The notes below the pieces were generated by a model. That model did no database searches. It was given only the letters and a program-made list of their open reading frames with translations, and was not told the DNA's origin. DNA of 64,000 nt, from contig CAYGPD010000007.1 in the NCBI GenBank assembly GCA_964351655.1, positions 2,035 to 66,034 of the forward strand. Reading direction: 5' to 3'. The translations under genes and the position numbers were made by a program. Shown here in pieces: positions 60,276-64,000 of this stretch (positions are counted from its first letter, which is position 1; every line of letters begins with the position of its first letter). This DNA is from an uncultured Hyphomonadaceae bacterium (lineage in GTDB: Bacteria; Pseudomonadota; Alphaproteobacteria; Caulobacterales; Hyphomonadaceae).

Positions 60276-60899
60276 TTAACTAGGCGCAAGGGCCTTTAGA
60301 GCAGCTTTAATAAGCGCGCCTTCACCGGCATCATCGCCAAGCTCTTTTGCGGCAACAGCCACCGCGCGTTGGGCTTCTACATTCTGATATCCAAGATTGG
60401 TCAAAGCAGATGTCGCAGCAGCTCGGCTGCCTGTCGATGCAGACGATGCTAGACCTTCAACACCTTCTGAAGGGTTGAATGTTGCAGAGAAAAGACCACT
60501 TGGAGGCGGCTTGCCCTTAAATTCAGATACCACGCGTTCTGCAAGCTTTTTCCCAACACCATGTGCGCGCTGAACAGAGGCTGCATCTCCCAATACGATT
60601 GCATCCAACAATTGTGCGGGCGCGAGCACATCCAGAATATTGAGCGCAGCTTTTGCTCCGACACCGGGGGCATCTTGCAGGCGAGAAAACCAAGCGCGAT
60701 CTTCAGCCGTAGTGAAACCATACAACTTTATGGCATTCTCAGACATTTGTGTTTCAACATAGACTGTTGCAACCTGCCCTACCACAAATTTAGAGAGTGT
60801 ACGGCTGCCGCAAAAGACGACATATCCAACACCATTGACGTCGATCAAGGCTTGCCCATCACCTACTGCACCCACTTGACCTTTTAACCTTGCAATCAT
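60276..60899 (-). CDS. ruvA: Holliday junction DNA helicase subunit RuvA
   Basis: MIARLKGQV...GVGYVV, HhH motifs (GVGAKAALNIL, GVGKKLAERV) and a C-terminal domain III. Confidence 0.95.
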   Translation of the reverse strand: MIARLKGQVGAVGDGQALIDVNGVGYVVFCGSRTLSKFVVGQVATVYVETQMSENAIKLYGFTTAEDRAWFSRLQDAPGVGAKAALNILDVLAPAQLLDAIVLGDAASVQRAHGVGKKLAERVVSEFKGKPPPSGLFSATFNPSEGVEGLASSASTGSRAAATSALTNLGYQNVEAQRAVAVAAKELGDDAGEGALIKAALKALAPS

Positions 60900-61399
60900 G
60901 CTGATTTCCTAAAATGACGCACGGTTCGATGGTTAGCAGTCGTAATCGCAATTGCAAGCGCATCCGCCGCATCTGCTGTCATCGCTTCAGCTTTGGGTAA
61001 CAGGCGTTTTATCATGAACGCGACTTGGTCTTTGTCCGCCGCACCTGTGCCAACGACACATTGCTTAACTTTGGTGGCAGCAAATTCAGCGACAGTTAGA
61101 CCCGCCATGGATAAACCAGCCATAGCGGCTCCACGTGCCTGCCCCAGCAAAAGCGTGGACTTTGGGTTTTTGTTGACGAAAGTCTCTTCTATGCCTGACT
61201 CATCTGGCTTGTGCGTTTCAATAACAATATTGAGCTCGCGGATAATGAATGAAAGTCGCTCTGACATAGGTAAAGTCGTTTTGGGCTTGATCACGCCATG
61301 CGCGACCCAAGACAAACGCGGACCATCCAAATCGATAATGCCCCACCCTGTATTTCGTAACCCTGGATCGACACCTAAAATGCGAATTGATTGCGACAT
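60896..61399 (-). CDS. ruvC: crossover junction endodeoxyribonuclease RuvC
   Basis: ILGVDPGLRNTGWGII with catalytic acidic residues, and ADALAIAI near the C-terminus. 4-nt overlap with ruvA. Confidence 0.95.
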   Translation of the reverse strand: MSQSIRILGVDPGLRNTGWGIIDLDGPRLSWVAHGVIKPKTTLPMSERLSFIIRELNIVIETHKPDESGIEETFVNKNPKSTLLLGQARGAAMAGLSMAGLTVAEFAATKVKQCVVGTGAADKDQVAFMIKRLLPKAEAMTADAADALAIAITTANHRTVRHFRKSA

Positions 61400-61556
61400 A
61401 AAATGTCCCCGCTGACGACTTCAAGAATGCAAAAATGCGAATCTTGCTTTGTTCTTTCTAGAACATCTTGTTTTTGTGTACCTCACGTTAACGCGATTGC
61501 GTACATTCTAATAAAAATGACAGGTTTTTCGACTTTTTGCACTGTAGAGCACGCAC

Positions 61557-62306
61557 ATGACGGTAAACAAAGCTAGTTTTCATCTTTCGCGCCGCCTTCT
61601 TTTAGGGGGAGCAGGCCTGACTCTATTAATGCCCATGCCAGCAATTGCACGAAATGTGGTGCGCACGAACGCCCCTCTTTTGAAACTACCTGCATCAATG
61701 GTGTTCCTTCGACTCGATGAGAATGGTGCGGTTGTGCCCTCTTCTCTGGAGCGGCGGTTATGGAGCCAGTTCACAATGAATTTAGGGGCGTTAGTCTCTC
61801 GAATGGAACCCATTCCTCATAACAATCTCATTCCCGGCGGACAATTGGAAGCGGATATGGGTCTAGGATCCACCATTCTAAACGCACGTCTTGCTGCGCA
61901 ATCACAAGGTTATGATTATCTCATCGTGTATGGCGTCGTCCCCAAAAATGAAGGCGTAAAGTACAAGAAAGAGAAGAAAGTGATCCCGTCAACCTCCTTC
62001 TCTCAAAACATGCGTCGCAAACTCGCATTCTGGGATTGGGAGTATACCGACACCCCATATATTGAAGATCGTGATAGCCATATGGATCTAATGGGCGAAG
62101 TGCATCTATTGGACTTAAAGGGAGGCGCGCCTCTCGCATCCGCATGGGCAGAACTTCCCAAACGCGACCTGCTGACGCGATGGACATCAAAAGACATGCG
62201 CGATGAAGAGATTGTTCAAATTCTCGTAGATGGTATGCAACGTAAAATTCAGGATTTATCTATGCAAAATTTTGAAGACCAGCGTTCTATCTCTCAGCGC
62301 TTTTAG
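61557..62306 (+). CDS. hypothetical exported protein
   Basis: 249-aa ORF. The N-terminus SRRLLLGGAGLTLLMPMPAIA looks like a Tat/Sec signal. No recognisable family. Confidence 0.6.
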   Translation: MTVNKASFHLSRRLLLGGAGLTLLMPMPAIARNVVRTNAPLLKLPASMVFLRLDENGAVVPSSLERRLWSQFTMNLGALVSRMEPIPHNNLIPGGQLEADMGLGSTILNARLAAQSQGYDYLIVYGVVPKNEGVKYKKEKKVIPSTSFSQNMRRKLAFWDWEYTDTPYIEDRDSHMDLMGEVHLLDLKGGAPLASAWAELPKRDLLTRWTSKDMRDEEIVQILVDGMQRKIQDLSMQNFEDQRSISQRF

Positions 62307-62327
62307 TATGGTTTTAGATCTGACGCT

Positions 62328-62786
62328 CTAAAATTCCATATCTTCCCAATCAACAATCCAATCAAACTCAGTGCCCTCAAACACAGTGTCTTCACACACT
62401 GTTTTACCTAGCACAGAGTGACCTTTTTTATGGATTGTGTTGCGATCTCCAGTGATCAAATGATGCCATTCTGGGAGATCTTTACCCTCAGATATCAACC
62501 TATAGGAACAGGATTTCGGCATCCATTTTAAATCAGGGATTTTATCGGGGGTAAGGTTTACACACTCAGGCACTTTAGCTTTACGGTTCTCATAGTCCGC
62601 ACACCGGCATGTTGATGCATCGAATAAACGGCAATGCAATTTAGTGTATGCAATCTCGCCAGTGTCTTCATCTTCTAATTTTAGCAAGCAGCATTTACCA
62701 CACCCATCACACAAACTCTCCCACTCAGCAGAAGAGAGTTGTTCGAGCGTTTTCGATTTCCAAAATGGATCTTTATCCTGAGTCAA
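62328..62786 (-). CDS. ycgN: YcgN-family (UPF0260) cysteine-cluster protein
   Basis: [32 protein letters not shown]... matches the YcgN signature. Confidence 0.85.
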   Translation of the reverse strand: MTQDKDPFWKSKTLEQLSSAEWESLCDGCGKCCLLKLEDEDTGEIAYTKLHCRLFDASTCRCADYENRKAKVPECVNLTPDKIPDLKWMPKSCSYRLISEGKDLPEWHHLITGDRNTIHKKGHSVLGKTVCEDTVFEGTEFDWIVDWEDMEF

Positions 62787-62796
62787 AACTTATTTT

Positions 62797-63309
62797 CTAA
62801 TCAAATAGAGCATCAATTGCGGACTGATCTTCTCCAGAAACTATCGTTTCTTCAATGCCCACAGCATGATCACCCAATCCATTGGGGTTTACCACCCCGC
62901 CAATAGCAGCAATTAATCCGTATAATTGTTTAGACCAGTATGTCGGATCGCCAAGGGCTTCAACACCGCTTTGTAAAATAACTTGAATTTCACCAATAGA
63001 AATTTCAACAGCCTGACATGCACTTGCAAATCGCTGCTTGGTATCTTTATCACACAATTCATAGGCTTGGATTGCCAAATCCTTTGCTCGAAATCCAGTA
63101 TTATTGAAATGCTCTGGGTAAGAGAGCGGCTTCCATTCCAATATTTCTTCAGCCATATCAGGCATAGACTCTAGCATATCGATAAGCATCGCCACTTCAT
63201 TGAAATGGTTCAGATAATCTGTAGCCAACCCTGTTTCAGGATTGATATTAGCTGCAGCCAACTCTGCCTTGTCCAATTGTTTGGCGTCCATATTTCGCCC
63301 CGATAGCAT
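62797..63309 (-). CDS. conserved-looking hypothetical protein
   Basis: 170-aa acidic ORF (LATDYLNHFNEVAMLIDMLE...), 10 nt upstream of ycgN on the same strand. Confidence 0.6.
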   Translation of the reverse strand: MLSGRNMDAKQLDKAELAAANINPETGLATDYLNHFNEVAMLIDMLESMPDMAEEILEWKPLSYPEHFNNTGFRAKDLAIQAYELCDKDTKQRFASACQAVEISIGEIQVILQSGVEALGDPTYWSKQLYGLIAAIGGVVNPNGLGDHAVGIEETIVSGEDQSAIDALFD

Positions 63310-63490
63310 ATCAAATTTAATCTTAGACGTTAGCGCCAGAGCGTTACCAACGACTTACCAAGCGCATATACACCTAATTTTTAAAAGGGATTAAATAAAG
63401 AAACTGCTTATTTTCAATTAATGCCTTAACCAAAACGCTTCAACGTGGCATCTAGACTGTAGAGCGACCATCAAAGCGGCGGAGGATGCC

Positions 63491-64000
63491 ATGTCAGACA
63501 AGTATTTTTTTTCCGCATGCGTGCTCTTAGGTATATTCCTTGTACTGATGGCTTTATCACCCTGGTCCGACCGCCTACCAACCGGAGCAATGAGTGCAGC
63601 TAATCTCAATGCACATGACCTATTGATCGCAGATCGTGATCTCAATCGCTTTGAAGCTGGAGAAGTTGGTAAAATATCACTAAAAGAACGAGACGGTGTA
63701 CTCACACTCGATGTCGGTGTGCAAGAAGGCCAGTTATATGACGCGCCAACTTTTGGTCCTCACCTTCGCTTGGAAGCTGATGTTGAACAAACCTACGCCA
63801 AAAACACACTCAATATCATAATTACTGCTCGCCATTCAAAAGCCTTTCAGCCCAAAAATGCCGATGATAAAATGCAATTTGAAGTAAATTACGCGGCAAA
63901 TGCGTCTGAAACATCCGGTTGGGAAAAATTTGAACTGACTCCTGACTTTGCAGACTACAGTTTTCAATATCGTCCGCCTGGCGCGGGAGATGGAATTGGA
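63491..64000 (+). CDS. hypothetical membrane-anchored protein, 5' fragment (runs off window)
   Basis: ATG at 63491 with GGAGG 5 nt upstream. 170 codons open to the window edge. N-terminal TM helix FFSACVLLGIFLVLMAL. Absent from the ORF track because no stop codon is reached. Confidence 0.55.
   Translation, partial: MSDKYFFSACVLLGIFLVLMALSPWSDRLPTGAMSAANLNAHDLLIADRDLNRFEAGEVGKISLKERDGVLTLDVGVQEGQLYDAPTFGPHLRLEADVEQTYAKNTLNIIITARHSKAFQPKNADDKMQFEVNYAANASETSGWEKFELTPDFADYSFQYRPPGAGDGIG

Noticed and set aside
63418-63705. 95-aa minus-strand ORF
   Set aside because: It overlaps a better plus-strand ORF (63491 to the window end) that has a GGAGG SD and an N-terminal TM helix.

Overview
This 64-kb window looks like core chromosome from an alphaproteobacterium with moderate GC (about 46-48% by hand counts). 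That assignment is inferred from gene content and order: aroA-cmk-rpsA, metXW, phaB/phaR, rpoH, ruvB-ybgC-tolQRAB-pal-cpoB-tilS-ftsH-folP, serCA, ruvCA, and a FYDLN-acid protein. I call about 65 protein genes, one tRNA-Ala(GGC) and several intrinsic terminators. I found no CRISPR array, IS element, integrase, prophage block or rRNA.

All product calls rest on motifs and family resemblance that I recognise by eye in the translated ORFs. No database search was run.

Most of the window is ordinary housekeeping DNA. Four things stand out:
1. A single-gene insertion at 22391-24085 that is compositionally foreign (about 57-60% GC). It encodes an N-terminal SEC-C zinc hook followed by a large unassigned body with a PD-(D/E)xK-like motif. 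This is my best candidate for an undescribed accessory or defence-type function.
2. A three-part fusion at 35144-36289 that has no signal peptide: a GH108-type muramidase, a peptidoglycan-binding domain and a chymotrypsin-fold serine protease.
3. An apparent inversion of about 18 kb that separates ruvB-tol-pal from ruvCA.
4. Non-coding structures: an orphan minus-strand terminator (a possible sRNA) in the AT-rich rpoH leader region, a long rod-like hairpin in the folE leader, and iterated boxes in front of an XRE/membrane-protein pair.

I also note an envelope-glycan / lipid A modification cluster (11.2-17.4 kb) and tandem paralogous lipoprotein hydrolases. Start codons are uncertain for several genes, and this is noted per feature.
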